Source: Macrostomum lignano (lineage: Eukaryota). Taken from it: DNA of 64,000 bases. The notes under the pieces were generated by a model. It searched no databases. It saw only the letters and a program-made list of their open reading frames with translations, and was not told the DNA's origin. The stretch covers positions 124,001-188,000 of the forward strand of contig NIVC01001661.1 of the NCBI GenBank assembly GCA_002269645.1, in the 5' to 3' direction. Below are positions 35,101 through 47,480 of this stretch, one piece after another. A program made the translations under genes and the position numbers. Position 1 is the stretch's first letter. Every line of letters starts with the position of its first letter.

Positions 35101-38100
35101 AATGTTGTGCAGAAGGGACTCACCGTATGCGTAGATAATCGCCAGGACTTCAAACAGCGCCACGCCCATCATGAAGGTGACCTGGTACCAGTCAACCAGG
35201 GTGTAGATGTAGTAGCCGCCCTGATAAGGATGTTGAGGATGTGGATGAATGTTAGAACTACTGGATCCACTTGGTTTCGATGGGATAAATTCCAGCATCG
35301 ATGGGATAATTTCCAGTATCGATGGGATAACTTCCGGTATCGATGGGATAATTTCCAGCATCGATGGGATAATTTCCAGTATCGATGGGATAACTTCCGG
35401 TATCGATGGGATAATTTCCAGTATCGATGGGATAACTTCCAGTATCGATGGGATAGCTTCCAGTATCGATGGGATAACTTCCGGTATCGATGGGATAACT
35501 TCCAGTATCGATGGGATAACTTCAAGTATCGATGGGATAACTCCCGGTATCGATGGGATAACTTCCGGTTCGATGTGATAACTTCCAATATCGATGGGAT
35601 AACTTCCGGTATCGATGGGATAACTTCCAGTATCGATGGGATAACTTCCGGTATCGATGGGATAATTTCCAGTATCGATGGGATAACTTCCACTATCGAT
35701 GGGATAACTTCCGGTATCGATGGGATAACAAAAAACTTAGACTCACCCTGGTGACCATCGGGATGCCAAACGACATGCTGACAGCGCAGAAGCCCAGCTT
35801 AACCGCCCAATTTTGCCAACGCCGCAGAATAGGATACTCATCGATCAGACTCTGGTACATGGCCTCGAAGGTTGTGAACTTGAAATTGGGATAAATTTTG
35901 CGGCTTAGTTGACTGATAATTAACTAAAATAAAACGATTACAAAGTCCAAGAACGGCTCAAATGGAAGGATGGGAAACTTGGGTGCTTCGTTCGAGGTGG
36001 TGCACTCAGAAGTTTGCAGGAAAAATTTTATTAGATGCAGGGGGTTGTGTGCACCCTGGCGCACTTTAAGCGACATTGTCACACAAGCAGTAAGAGGCAT
36101 TGCTGCCCATTCCGCCGACTCCCATGAGCAGGCACACAAGCGCGCGGATACGTACGCAGTCATACGCACAGGCACACACTCACACAGGAGTGTACAGCGG
36201 CCCTAACTTTATCTATCGTTATGCATGTACACTTCACTGTACCTTGGGGGGTTGGCCCTCAAGGCCGTTAATCGCACGAGCAGAGCCAAGCCGAAATTCC
36301 AATTTAGCCCCAAATTAATGTGACTGCACTGGGAATCGAGCCTGGGCCGCTGGCACATCAGAGCGCCGCGCTGGACCACTGGGCTACGGCAGTTTGCTTG
36401 CTTCTTGATTTGGGATTTTCTTGGACTTCATGTATTTTCTAAGAGTTAAGAAGTTCCCCATCCTTCCACTCAAGTTGTCCTTGACAAAGCGCGTCATTCC
36501 GGTCGCTCACCGAGCTGTCCAAGCCCAGGAACAACAGCAGGACAAAGAAGATCACAGACCAGAGCTGCGACCAGGGCAGCGTGTCGAAGGCGGACGGATA
36601 GACCAGAAAAGCCAGGCCGGGGCCCGGCTTCAGCACGCAGTTAATTGCCTGGCCTTTGCGCATCGCTAAATCGCCAATATAGGCAAAGGTGACAAAGCCG
36701 CCGAAGAATGACGTCATCGCTGACAAGACCGGCAGCGTGAGGCTGTCCCGATAGATGTTATTGTTGAACGCGTTGTGCGACGCCATGCAAATGGTGCCGC
36801 CCCAGGCCGGTGCGAGGCTCCAGAAGATCTGCTGGGCCGCCTCCACCCAGGGCTGGGCGGTGGCTAGCGAGGACCAATCGGGAGTAAGATAGTACATGAT
36901 GCCAGCCCGGCCGCCGGGGAGGAACAGGCCTCGGATGAACAGGATTAGCAGGAACACGTACGGGCCGAGGGCGGTGACGTAGACTACCTGTTGAATGATT
37001 GTTTTTGTAACACAACAATATGCTTTTTGGATATAAGCCAGGTAAAGAACCTTGCTAGTGGCTGCGGGCCAGGTGAGAGAGTAGAGGAGAGGGAATAGAG
37101 GAGAGAAAGAATGGGAAATAGGAGATGAGAGATAAGAGAAAAGAGTAAAGGCGAGAGAGATGAGAAGATTGATGTGATAATATATGGGATGAGAGAAGAG
37201 ATGAGAGAGAAGATGGGAGGAGATTGCCATTATGAAGTTTCAAAGGACCCGAGGACCGGATAGAGAGGCCTCGAGGACCGCATGTAGCCAGAGTTTGCCG
37301 ACCCCTTGTCGAAGCATAGCTCGAATGAAATTCTCCCTAAAACCAGAGTTGGCGTCTTCTAAAAGCAACAACAACTTTGACTCTCTCACCTTGCCAAGAG
37401 ATTTAACGCCCTTGATAAGGCAGCAGTACACCAGTATCCAGGAGAACAGCAGGAGCCCCAGCAGGTCCCAGCGCATGCCACCAAGATCGTGAATTCCTTC
37501 GGTCAAGCTCAGCAGATTATGGCTAAAATTCATTGTTTGACCATAAAAACTGGTTCAACAGTTTGAATTCGCGCTAGAAATATTGCCGTAAAAATTCAAC
37601 TCACTCGAAGAAGTACTCAGTGGGCGATTTGCCTTTCGAATCGTAGATGGAGCAGTTTTCAATGTTCTGAAATTTTATTCCAATGTATAAAATTGTGAAA
37701 CACGGATCTAAATAATATATATTCCCTTCTCGAGTTCGGGGACATTCGAAATAAGATATTGATAAGCTCATCAAAAAAGAATTGGCACGCTTTTTAAACT
37801 TGCTGCTCAGGGCGTCGAAGTTGCAACTCCGAGGAGATCCGAGCAGACATCAGGGGAACTCTTCTGGCTTTCAATTATGCAGAATTTCTCAAAGCGTTTT
37901 GGCTGATATTTGGAGCGCCTGAATTTCCAAGATGCTCCCTCACGTGCTCCCTCGATTTCCCCGGAATTGCACGAAATTAGCCATAGGCCTAATCGCCCAA
38001 AGACGCTCTCCACATCACCCAGAGATCTCCATTCCCGGGGGACTGTGACAGAAAGCGACAGAAACGATCAGTTAATGGAGATTCCTCCATCAGGGCCTGT

Positions 38101-41100
38101 CTCCGTCTCCAGTTTCTCTCTCTCAAGACGAAAGTTGCAACAATGAGATAAATAACAGGGGAAATGAACACTGTTGCGAACTTCTCACTTTCTCTCAATA
38201 AAATCAATCATATTGCAGGCTTTCGAAAGCGTGACATGTTGGACAAGTTCGATTTCTGTGACAGAAAAGCGTTTCTGTATTTCTGGCCTGTCTGTCTATC
38301 AAATATTACCGTGGCACCTCTCCTCTTTACGCTTTTGTCCCTTTGTGCGAGCCGCGGTTCTTTATGGAATGAAAAGTGTTTTCCATAGTATTTCTTCTTC
38401 GATCTTTCTTCATCGACTGACTGTCACTGGTGCCAGTCAAATCTGCTTTTTACTCAGTGCGGTGATGAGTGAAATCAAGTTTTTAACGTGGTTTCGCGTA
38501 AAATATATTAAGTGACTACGAATTTCAATACTTTCCTGCTGGAAAAGATCACTCTTCGAAGTTCCCCCCCCGGGGGGCAACTTGGCTAGTCTAATATACT
38601 AAAACTACGCAAACAACTGACCGTGAGGTACTCTGGTGACACAGTGTAATTGTCCGACAGGTGCGGCTTGTAGCACAGGCTGGCATTGGCAGCGGCCGGG
38701 TCGCATTCGGACCAGGGCAGCGGATTCATGAAGCTGTTAATCAAGTAGAAGCAGATCCAAGCCAACTGGATCATATAATAGACGTTGAAGAAGAAGCAGC
38801 TAATGATGTTGCACCAGCCGATGCCCTTCAGGATGGGGCAGAGATTCTGGTAGAATACCAGGGGAGTTTTTCCGGTGTACTGGCCCAGGGAGAGCTCCAT
38901 CACGAATAGCGGCACTCCGATGCTGAACAGGAAGGTGAAATAGGGGATGAGGAAGGCACCTGAGTGGGAAAGTGAGGTATGGTAGCTCTGTTAGGTATTG
39001 TGGTTTCATTAAGATTTTTGTCCATCTAAAACTAAAAAATGAGATGATTTGTTATCGTAAAACAATCCCACATGAGCTGATCACCTGTCCTAAACAATCC
39101 CTCGCCAGTGGCTGGCCTACACGAGTTTTTCATCAGCTGTCACATGTTAATAAACAACCGTCTTGATATTTTACGCTCGTATTACGAGTACAAAAGAACT
39201 CGTGCCAAATCATGCTTTAGACAGTTCTGGAAGAAATGCATCAATCAAAACGATCGTATTTGCAAGCTTTATATGCTCATGCATATGCTCAGACACTAAA
39301 ACACCTGCAGTTCGCACCGAGCAAGTCAAATGGCTACTATTTGATCACCTTGCTTCATTAATAATTAATGAGTTGCAACATCACAAACACACTAGCCAAC
39401 TCTTACTCGTATCTTTACCTTGATGGAGATGAGCCTGAGAACAAATAGAGAGACAATTCGACATAAACCCCAATGTTTAAACTAGCTGAATAAATGAATA
39501 CAAATCCCTTTCTTACCAATAAGCTGGCTGCTGCCGATCCTGCCCCATCATTTGATTCCCCTCTACTCAGAGAGACGAGCGTATCCACTACTCATTAAAG
39601 CAGAGCAATATCGTGTATAGTTATAGATTTTTGAGTAGCACTCCATTAATTAAGCTATACATGCACACGATCCCTAAAAGCTATTTGTGTCGACCTTTGA
39701 CTGACTGATCGACCAAAAACTGACAGACAGGTGTCGGGGGGAGGGAGTTGCAAACGAATGTACATCTGCACTGTATTTTCTTAGAAAAGAGCTGCAAGCC
39801 GGTAAGGAACGAATGTTTGTCGTATCCAAGGGCTTCTTAATCACCCAGAATGGAAACTCGCAAATGATGGTGAAAACAGTATGAGCTTTGTTTAAAGACA
39901 TTGTCTATTGCAGAAGTTGTGAGAAATCAATGGTAAGTGAATTATTGAATTGAAATTCTTGAATATACAAGAGGGGTTTGAGTTTCCCGTCCTGACTGAT
40001 TAAGAAGCCCTTGTTCGTATCGCGTCGCCAGTGCATTACTACGCTGTTGAGAAATCGGATTTTCTCTGACTCTACTAAAATTGTCTATGGCAAAATCTCT
40101 TATTTAAACGCACTGGCGATAGGCCGGATGAACCAAGGAATTCTAAATTCTTTAGAATTAGATTTAGAATTCCTTGAATGAACGCATCGTTTCTTGTACC
40201 GGCCTAAAGCTCATTTCTAAGAAAATCCTTCTACTTCAGCTGTCCATGGTGCAACGAACTAACTGGTGTGTGAAGCAGCCGACTTGCACTGCGCAGTAGT
40301 ACAGAGTGCGGGCCATACGCTTGTACTTGTACAACTGCGCTTGATAAATGCAATACAGCAGCATTTAAGTAGTAAATTAATTCTTAAAACGCCCTTCGTT
40401 ATCGCATTTACAAATGCGACTAAAGTGTTGCTTGTTGTATCAGCTCGCGATCTGCTCCGGTTACGGGCGGGGGCCGGCTGCTTACTTTGAATTGGAAGGC
40501 AGCGCTTCATGTTAACTTAAACAGCAGTGTGTGTCTGAGCGTATGTTTAAATTAAAGCTTACTGATTCTTCTGACGCATGTCAGAGTAGAGTACGAGTAT
40601 AGCAAACTAATCAATGGAATGAATATGAATTCAAATGCTTACAGACTGACAAGCTAATACAGACTGACAGGCCAATATACAGACTGACAGACTACAGACT
40701 GACAGGCTAATACAGACTGACAGACTAATACAGACTGACAGGCCAATACAGACTGACAGGAAAATACAGACTGACAGGCTAATACAGACTTAGACTAATC
40801 AGACTGACAGGCTAATAAGACTGACAGGCTAATACAGACTGACAGGCTAATACAGACAGACCAGAGAGAACAGTTATTCACCTCCTCCATTCTTCATCAC
40901 CAGGTAGGGAAAGCGCAGAATATCGCCCAGGCCGATGTTGTATCCCATGACGGAGAGGAAGAATCCCAGCTTATTAGTCCAAACCTCTTTCCGCGAGCTG
41001 GGCACAGCGCCGTCTGTTGATGCGCCGCCGGCAGTGTCGCCGACAGCCGCAGGCGCCGCCTTGGTAGGCGTTAGCGAACCGTTTTTGCCTGGTTCAGCCA

Positions 41101-41101
41101 T
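32127..41101 (-). CDS. SLC6 neurotransmitter:sodium symporter family transporter (GlyT/PROT-like), 9 exons, ~618 aa
   Basis: Exons 41101-40882, 38959-38622, 37522-37390, 36987-36511, 35878-35747, 35220-35124, 35043-34943, 32926-32732 and 32291-32127. Motifs [48 protein letters not shown] and ADW. The total of 1858 nt is 1 nt more than a multiple of 3, located at the exon 2/3 junction. Confidence 0.88.
32375..32680 (+). repeat. 29-bp minisatellite, SLC6 intron 8
   Basis: Unit CCTCCTCATTGGGCTGCTACCCCCACCCG. Confidence 0.92.
32940..33240 (+). repeat. 31-bp minisatellite, SLC6 intron 7
   Basis: Unit TATTGTGTCTGTCACTCTCTCAATTATCGCA. Confidence 0.92.
34095..34890 (+). repeat. ~20-21-bp minisatellite, SLC6 intron 7
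   Basis: Unit AAATCTATCAAATGGGGCGCC. Confidence 0.92.
35275..35725 (+). repeat. 21-bp minisatellite, SLC6 intron 5
   Basis: Unit TATCGATGGGATAACTTCCAG. Confidence 0.95.
36025..36390 (-). mobile_element. tRNA-derived SINE, family A, copy 3 (in SLC6 intron 4)
   Basis: A box TAGCCCAGTGG, the same body as copy 1, and a 3' end GCATCTAATAAAA. Confidence 0.8.
39827..40013. mobile_element. hAT-like MITE (187 bp) in SLC6 intron 1
   Basis: Perfect 17-bp TIR CAAGGGCTTCTTAATCA that extends imperfectly to about 35 bp. Flanking 8-mers GTCGTATC and TTCGTATC match 7/8, consistent with a TSD. Confidence 0.6.
40635..40860 (+). repeat. 18-bp minisatellite, SLC6 intron 1
   Basis: Unit TACAGACTGACAGGCTAA. Confidence 0.88.
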
Positions 41102-41238
41102 TAAATTCCAATTCCTACCCGATCTACAGAGCCAAGCCTTATCTGCACGCGTCTCTCAGCTTTCAGCGGCTCCCGCGGCCAGAGATTTTGTGTGCAGAGA
41201 CTGCGCCCCAGTTCACACACAGGAGAGGAACATGCGCG

Positions 41239-41273
41239 ATTGGCTGAGAGGCGACTTTCGGTGGCCGGATTGG
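41239..41273 (-). promoter_or_regulatory. Tandem CCAAT (NF-Y-type) boxes upstream of the SLC6 gene
   Basis: On the gene strand AACCAATCC and AGCCAATCG, 30 bp apart, 140-170 nt upstream of the ATG in CpG-rich sequence. Confidence 0.5.
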
Positions 41274-41394
41274 TTGCAGAAAAGTCTTCTGTTTTGCTAC
41301 ACTACTGCTCCGACCAGCGTCTGCTTCTTCTGTCTTGGCCTTTTTTGCAGTTCAGTATAGAATAATTTTAAAGCTGTGTTGTGCCAGACGGAAG

Positions 41395-41406
41395 GCAGAC
41401 AGACAC

Positions 41407-41464
<58 letters not shown>

Positions 41465-41537
41465 CGACAGACAGACAGACACACACACATACAGACAGAC
41501 AGCAGACAGACAGACAGACAGACAGACAGACACACAC

Positions 41538-41570
<33 letters not shown>
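41395..41570 (+). repeat. (CAGA)n microsatellite
   Basis: Directly visible, with CA interruptions. Confidence 0.97.
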
Positions 41571-41999
41571 GAGGCATTCAAACGAAACGAGACATTTTGC
41601 CCCCTGTTAAATAAAAAAGCCGAAGATAAGACGGCATTATCGTGTTGAGAAAGCTGAAATATATTTTGAAAGCACGTAATATCAATAATTATACACTACA
41701 ATGATTTATTAGAACTTTTTAGCCGCAGTAAAACTTATTAATGAATAACGACAATAATTTTATTGTGTAAAAATTAAACACACTACTTATGCAACATAGG
41801 CTAATAAGTAGCGTGTATTAGGTATGTCACGAAATTTGTAAGAAAAGGTTTGCTTTGAGCCTAATAAAAAAGCTAGAGATTAACACGCTCTGTTGAGGCT
41901 GGCAAATTAACACACTCGAATACGCTGGAACAACAGAATGAAATTACCAGATAAAAGGACTACAGAGCGTTGTTGACGGGCTGCTGGTCAGTTTAATAG

Positions 42000-43725
42000 G
42001 GAGAGAGGCAGAGGGAGGGGGAGGAGGCAGAGAGAGAGGGAAGGAGGCAGAGAGAGAGGGAAGGAGGCAGAGAGAGGGAAGGAGGCAGAGGGAGGGGGAG
42101 GAGGCAGAGAGAGGGAAGGAGGCAGAGGGAGGGGGAGGAGGCAGAGAGAGGGGGGAGAGGCAGAGGGAGGGGGAGGAGGCAGAGAGAGGGGGGAGAGGCA
42201 GAGGGAGGGGGAGGAGGCAGAGGGAGGGGGAGGAGGCAGAGGGAGGGGAGGAGGCAGAGGGAGGGGGAGGAGGCAGAGAGAGGGGGGAGAGGCAGAGGGA
42301 GGGGGAGGAGGCAGAGGGAGGGGGAGGAGGCAGAGGGAGGGGAAGGCAGAGAGAGGGGGGAGAGGCAGAGGGAGGGGGCAGAGGGAGGGGGAGGAGGCAG
42401 AGGGAGGGGGAGGAGGCAGAGGGAGGGGGAGGAGGCAGAGAGAGAGGGAAGGAGGCAGAGAGAGAGGGAAGGAGGCAGAGGGAGGGGGAGGAGGCAGAGG
42501 GAGGGGGGGCAGAGGGAGGGGAGGAGGCAGAGGGAGGGGGAGGAGGCAGAGGGAGGGGGAGGAGGCAGAGAGAGAGGGAAGGAGGCAGAGGGAGGGGAGG
42601 AGGCAGAGAGAGAGGGAAGGAGGCAGAGGGAGGGGGAAGGAGGCAGAGGGAGGGGGGGCAGAGGGAGGGGGAGGAGGCAGAGGGAGGGGGAGGAGGCAGA
42701 GAGAGAGGGAAGGAGGCAGAGAGAGGGGGAGGCAGAGGGAGGGAAGGAGGCAGAGGGAGGGGGGAGGCAGAGGGAGGGGGAGGAGGCAGAGAGAGAGGGA
42801 AGGAGGCAGAGAGAGAGGGAAGGAGGCAGAGAGAGGGAAGGAGGCAGAGGGAGGGGGAGGAGGCAGAGAGAGGGAAGGAGGCAGAGGGAGGGGGAGGAGG
42901 CAGAGAGAGGGAAGGAGGCAGAGGGAGGGGGAGGAGGCAGAGAGAGGGGGAGAGGCAGAGGGAGGGGAGGAGGCAGAGAGAGGGGGGAGAGGCAGAGGGA
43001 GGGGGAGGAGGCAGAGGGAGGGGGAGGAGGCAGAGGGAGGGGAGGAGGCAGAGGGAGGGGAGGAGGCAGAGGGAGGGGGGAGAGGCAGAGGGAGGGGGAG
43101 GAGGCAGAGGGAGGGGGAGGAGGCAGAGGGAGGGGAGGAGGCAGAGGGAGGGGGAGGAGGCAGAGGGAGGGGGAAGGCAGAGAGAGGGGGGAGAGGCAGA
43201 GGGAGGGGGCAGAGGGAGGGGGAGGAGGCAGAGGGAGGGGAGGAGGCAGAGGGAGGGGGAGGAGGCAGAGAGAGAGGGAAGGAGGCAGAGAGAGAGGGAA
43301 GGAGGCAGAGGGAGGGGGAGGAGGCAGAGGGAGGGGGGGGCAGAGGGAGGGGGAGGAGGCAGAGGGAGGGGGAGGAGGCAGAGGGAGGGGGAGGAGGCAG
43401 AGAGAGAGGGAAGGAGGCAGAGGGAGGGGGAGGAGGCAGAGAGAGAGGGAAGGAGGCAGAGGGAGGGGAAGGAGGCAGAGGGAGGGGGGGCAGAGGGAGG
43501 GGGAGGAGGCAGAGGGAGGGGGAGGAGGCAGAGAGAGAGGGAAGGAGGCAGAGAGAGGGGGGAGGCAGAGGGAGGGAAGGAGGCAGAGGGAGGGGGGAGG
43601 CAGAGGGAGGGGGAGGAGGCAGAGAGAGAGGGAAGGAGGCAGAGAGAGAGGGAAGGAGGCAGAGAGAGAGGGAAGGAGGCAGAGGGAGGGGGAGGAGGCA
43701 GAGAGAGGGGGGAGGCAGAGGGAGA
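42000..43725 (+). repeat. 1.7-kb polypurine array
   Basis: Units such as GAGGCAGAGGGAGGGGGAG and GAGGCAGAGAGAGAGGGAAG; no T and one C per unit. Confidence 0.97.
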
Positions 43726-44116
43726 CACATCATAGCAGAAGACGGAAAATGGAGAGCAGGATGAAACAAAAATTAAGGAATTAATTTGGCAAAATTATTT
43801 ATTGCTAGTTCACCTCCCGAAATTGTAACAGGCTATAATAAGTTTCCGATTAAAAGACAAAAAACGTCAAGGATTAGACTGTATCAGAGGATTTAGCACA
43901 AGACAGCAAAATAATACACAGGAACTGTTAAACCATAGTTAAGAGCATTGCATCAAAAACAGAATACAAAACAGAGTGAAATCAAAGAACAAAAACGCTG
44001 TGTAAATTACGGTAAGGAAAGATATTTATAAATCATTAGTTGTCTGTCAACTGTTAGTTCAAATCCAAAGGGCAGTTTGTACAATTGCTCCTAATTGCAC
44101 ATAGTTTGTGCACTGC

Positions 44117-44672
44117 ATCCGCCTCTATTCAGCATCTATATCCGCCCCTATTCAGTATCTATACCCGCCCCTATTCAGCATCTATATCCACCCCTATTCA
44201 GCATCTATACCCGCCCCTATTCAGCATCTATATCCACCCCTATTCAGCATCTATACCCCTATTCAGCATCTATACCCGCCCCTATTCAGCATCTATATCC
44301 ACCCCTATTCAGCATCTATATCCGCCCCTAATCAGCATGTATACCTGCCCCTATTCAGCATCTATACCCGCCCCTATTCAGCATCTATACCCGCCCTTAT
44401 TCAGCATCTATACCCGCCCCTATTCAACATCTATACCCGCCCCTATTCAGCATCTATACCCGCCCCTATTCAGCATCTATACCCGCCCCTATTCAGCATC
44501 TATACCCACCCCTATTCAGCATCTATACCCGCCCCTATTCAGCATCTATACCCGCCCCTATTCAGCATCTATACCCGCCCCTATTCAGCATCTATACCCG
44601 CCCCTATTCAGCATCTATACCCGCCCCTATTCAGCATCTATACCCGCCCCTATTCAGCATCTATACCCGCCC
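44117..44672 (+). repeat. 23-bp minisatellite immediately 3' of the YPEL5 stop
   Basis: Unit CTATTCAGCATCTATACCCGCCC. Confidence 0.95.
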
Positions 44673-44679
44673 CTACCAT

Positions 44680-45039
44680 TCAAGAGTCCCTGACGGGATC
44701 CGGGAAGCCTTCGCTCTCGTTAATAAGCGCGCGCTCGAGAATGACTTTGCCCTCCTTGTACTTTTGGCCCTCCTCAATGGCGAACTCGTATATCCAGCCC
44801 AGTTTGGCTTTGCACTTTTTGCAGCTGACGTCACGAACCAGATGACGGCCAGTCAACATCATGCGATCGTGAATACCGCTGAATTCCAGATTGACAACCC
44901 GATTGAACAGGAAGGCTCTACCGGTGGCACCGGTGAACCGGGTGCTGACCAGCTCTTTGCGATTGGTGAGCGGACAGTCGCAGTTGCTGCAGGAGAACAC
45001 CCGATCGCCGCCCAGGTGCTGGATGAAGTGGCGGCCCAT
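44680..45039 (-). CDS. YPEL5: Yippee-like protein 5, intronless CDS, 119 aa
   Basis: FSCSNCD...[20 protein letters not shown]...[27 protein letters not shown]...[12 protein letters not shown]: two CxxC pairs and the YPEL5-type sequence. Confidence 0.95.
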   Translation of the reverse strand: MGRHFIQHLGGDRVFSCSNCDCPLTNRKELVSTRFTGATGRAFLFNRVVNLEFSGIHDRMMLTGRHLVRDVSCKKCKAKLGWIYEFAIEEGQKYKEGKVILERALINESEGFPDPVRDS

Positions 45040-45164
45040 TGTCAGAGCATGGAACCGGATGGTCAGAGGGGGGAGATGTGAGCACAGTTTGGGATATTGG
45101 AGTAATGGAAATGTGGGGCATAAGCAGCCTGTTATACTGTAAATCGATAAAACTCTCGCAGCAG

Positions 45165-45590
45165 CTGATCTAATCTGTTCAGCGAACTATCTAATCTATT
45201 CAGCAAAATATCTAATCTACTCAGTAACTCTGATCCACTCAGCGACTCTGATCTACTCAGTGACTCTGATCTACTCAGTGACTCTGATATACTCAGCGAC
45301 TCTGATCTACTCAGTGACTCTAATCTACTCAGTGACTCTAATATGCTTAGTGACTCTGATCTACTCAGTGGCTCTGATATACTCAGTGACTGATCTACTC
45401 AGTGGCTCTGATCTACTCAGTGACTCTAATCTACTCAGTGACTCTAATATGCTTAGTGACTCTGATCTACTCAGTGGCTCTGATATACTCAGTGACTCTG
45501 ATCAACTCAGTGACTCTGATCTACTCAGTGACTCTGATATACTCAGCGACTCTAATCTACTCAGTGATTCTAATTTACTAAAGTAACTCT
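45165..45590 (+). repeat. 18-bp minisatellite upstream of YPEL5
   Basis: Unit CTCAGTGACTCTGATCTA. Confidence 0.92.
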
Positions 45591-47249
45591 AATCCAGTCA
45601 ATGGAACGAGCTTGATTTATTGAAGGAAGTCTGATGCACTCAGCAACTCTGATATACAACCAAACAAACTAAAAGCCAAAAAAGAAATAGCAAAATTCAG
45701 TTGACGAAGACAAGAAGCGCGAAAATCTTTTTAAAAAACTAGCACTCGCCCACGCAACACTTAAATGGTTGGTAGTAAAATCAGTAAATATTAGCAGGGT
45801 CATATACTATAATCATTTCTTAATAAACATATCTTCTAGTCGGCAAAGCGAGACAAACAGTATTTGGTGTGAACTTTTATGAACGCTGTATAATAACTTA
45901 TTACAATAAAGTATGCTTATTAAAGTTCAATTTGACATGTACAGAAATAGATCAGAAACACGCGGAGTCTTAAAAAATGAAACGAGAAGAAACTAACGTC
46001 TTTCGGCGACATCTTCGCTTTTAAGTTCATCAATGAGCTAAAACTAATTAACATTAGATCCAATACTGCCAATCTAATGTTTATAGTGTGGTTAATAGTT
46101 GCAAACAGTTCACTGCAGTGTTAATGCCACAGATACTAGAATAACTAGATAGGCCAATCAGCACATTTGTATGTAAGCTACTTTCAGTTCAGTAGTAAGT
46201 TAAACAGAAGCATTTTAATGTGTTTTTAAAGCCAAGGCTCATTTATTGACTCTTGTCTCTTAGCCCCCCCCAGCTTAAACCCTCCAACCGCGCCTTTCCA
46301 CACTACCCCCCTTCCCCCGCCACCGCCCCAATTTTTATTGCCTTTCTCGGAATTCCAGCCTAAAGCTACCATGTACATTTCAGTGGACTGGCCAATGTAC
46401 ATCACTGCTGAACCAATTAGCAAGTTGTTTATGCCCGCAAGCTTGGGCTTCTGAGCTTATCAGTTATCAAAGTCATTTCAGCCGCCTGTATTTAAAAAAA
46501 TAACTTATGTATTCTTCCTTGCTACTGAGTGAAAGTAGTAGAAAGCTGTTTTGCTAAGTATATATGCCTGAGTGGCCCATCTAGTCATTTTAGTATCTGT
46601 TGGTTAAGGCTGAGAAAAAAGAATTAGTAAGTTAATTAAGAAGTACAGTCTAAGCTATCTATCATAGTACATCATATATATAAGGCAAAATTAGCGCGCG
46701 GAGTCGGGTTGTGTTGTTTCAACGCATTAACAATACTACTATTACTTATTATTAGTAATAAGATAAGCGCCAGATGTTTAGGATTTAAAAAAAAGTCCAG
46801 CACCGCTTGCACTAGATTAAACTATAAATTATAGCCCAGGCAATAACCCTACATAAAAAATGTTTAATGTAGTCAAGGCATAGGTCAAGTGAAGGTCATT
46901 CAGAATTTAATCAATTACAATAGATCGGGGCCAAGATAAATTCTGTAGATTATAACGCACAACATACTGTTTGAATTGAACAGCACATAATAATCAAAAG
47001 AGCAGCAGCAGCAGCAGAAGCAATGAAAATGAAATAAGAAATTTGATCAATTTTTTTGTTTACTTTAAGAATCGACACCGACCATATTTCAAAGTCAAAT
47101 TGACGCAAAAAATAGAGCCATGAAAAAATAGAAGGGAAGAGATTGGAGCTGAAAAAAGCTTTGTTAGTCAGCTATTATAGAGGAATCTTCATTGATAAAA
47201 GTCCATTCATGGACCACCGACGCCGAAGAAATCTGTACTGGAAAGCTAT

Positions 47250-47480
47250 TTTAAATCGCTATGATGAAAAGCGAGATCGACTCTCTCAAACCGCTTTGGG
47301 CCATAGACTATGATGAAAAGCGATCAGATTTATTTAACACCCCTTTGGGCCATAGACTATGATGGAAATCGAGGCTGATTTGCTACACGCGCTTTGGGCC
47401 ATAGACTATGATAAAAAGCGAGACTGAATATCTACACCCTGTTTGGGCCATAGACTATGCTGAAAAGCGAGATTGATTCT
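47250..47480 (+). repeat. ~57-bp tandem repeat (about 4 copies) downstream of the kinase
   Basis: Recurring TTTGGGCCATAGACTATGATGAAAAGCGA. Confidence 0.85.

Noticed and set aside
38558-38582. GTTCCCCCCCCGGGGGGCAAC hairpin near the SLC6 exon 2 donor
   Set aside because: Homopolymer-based and isolated, with nothing linking it to the phase problem.
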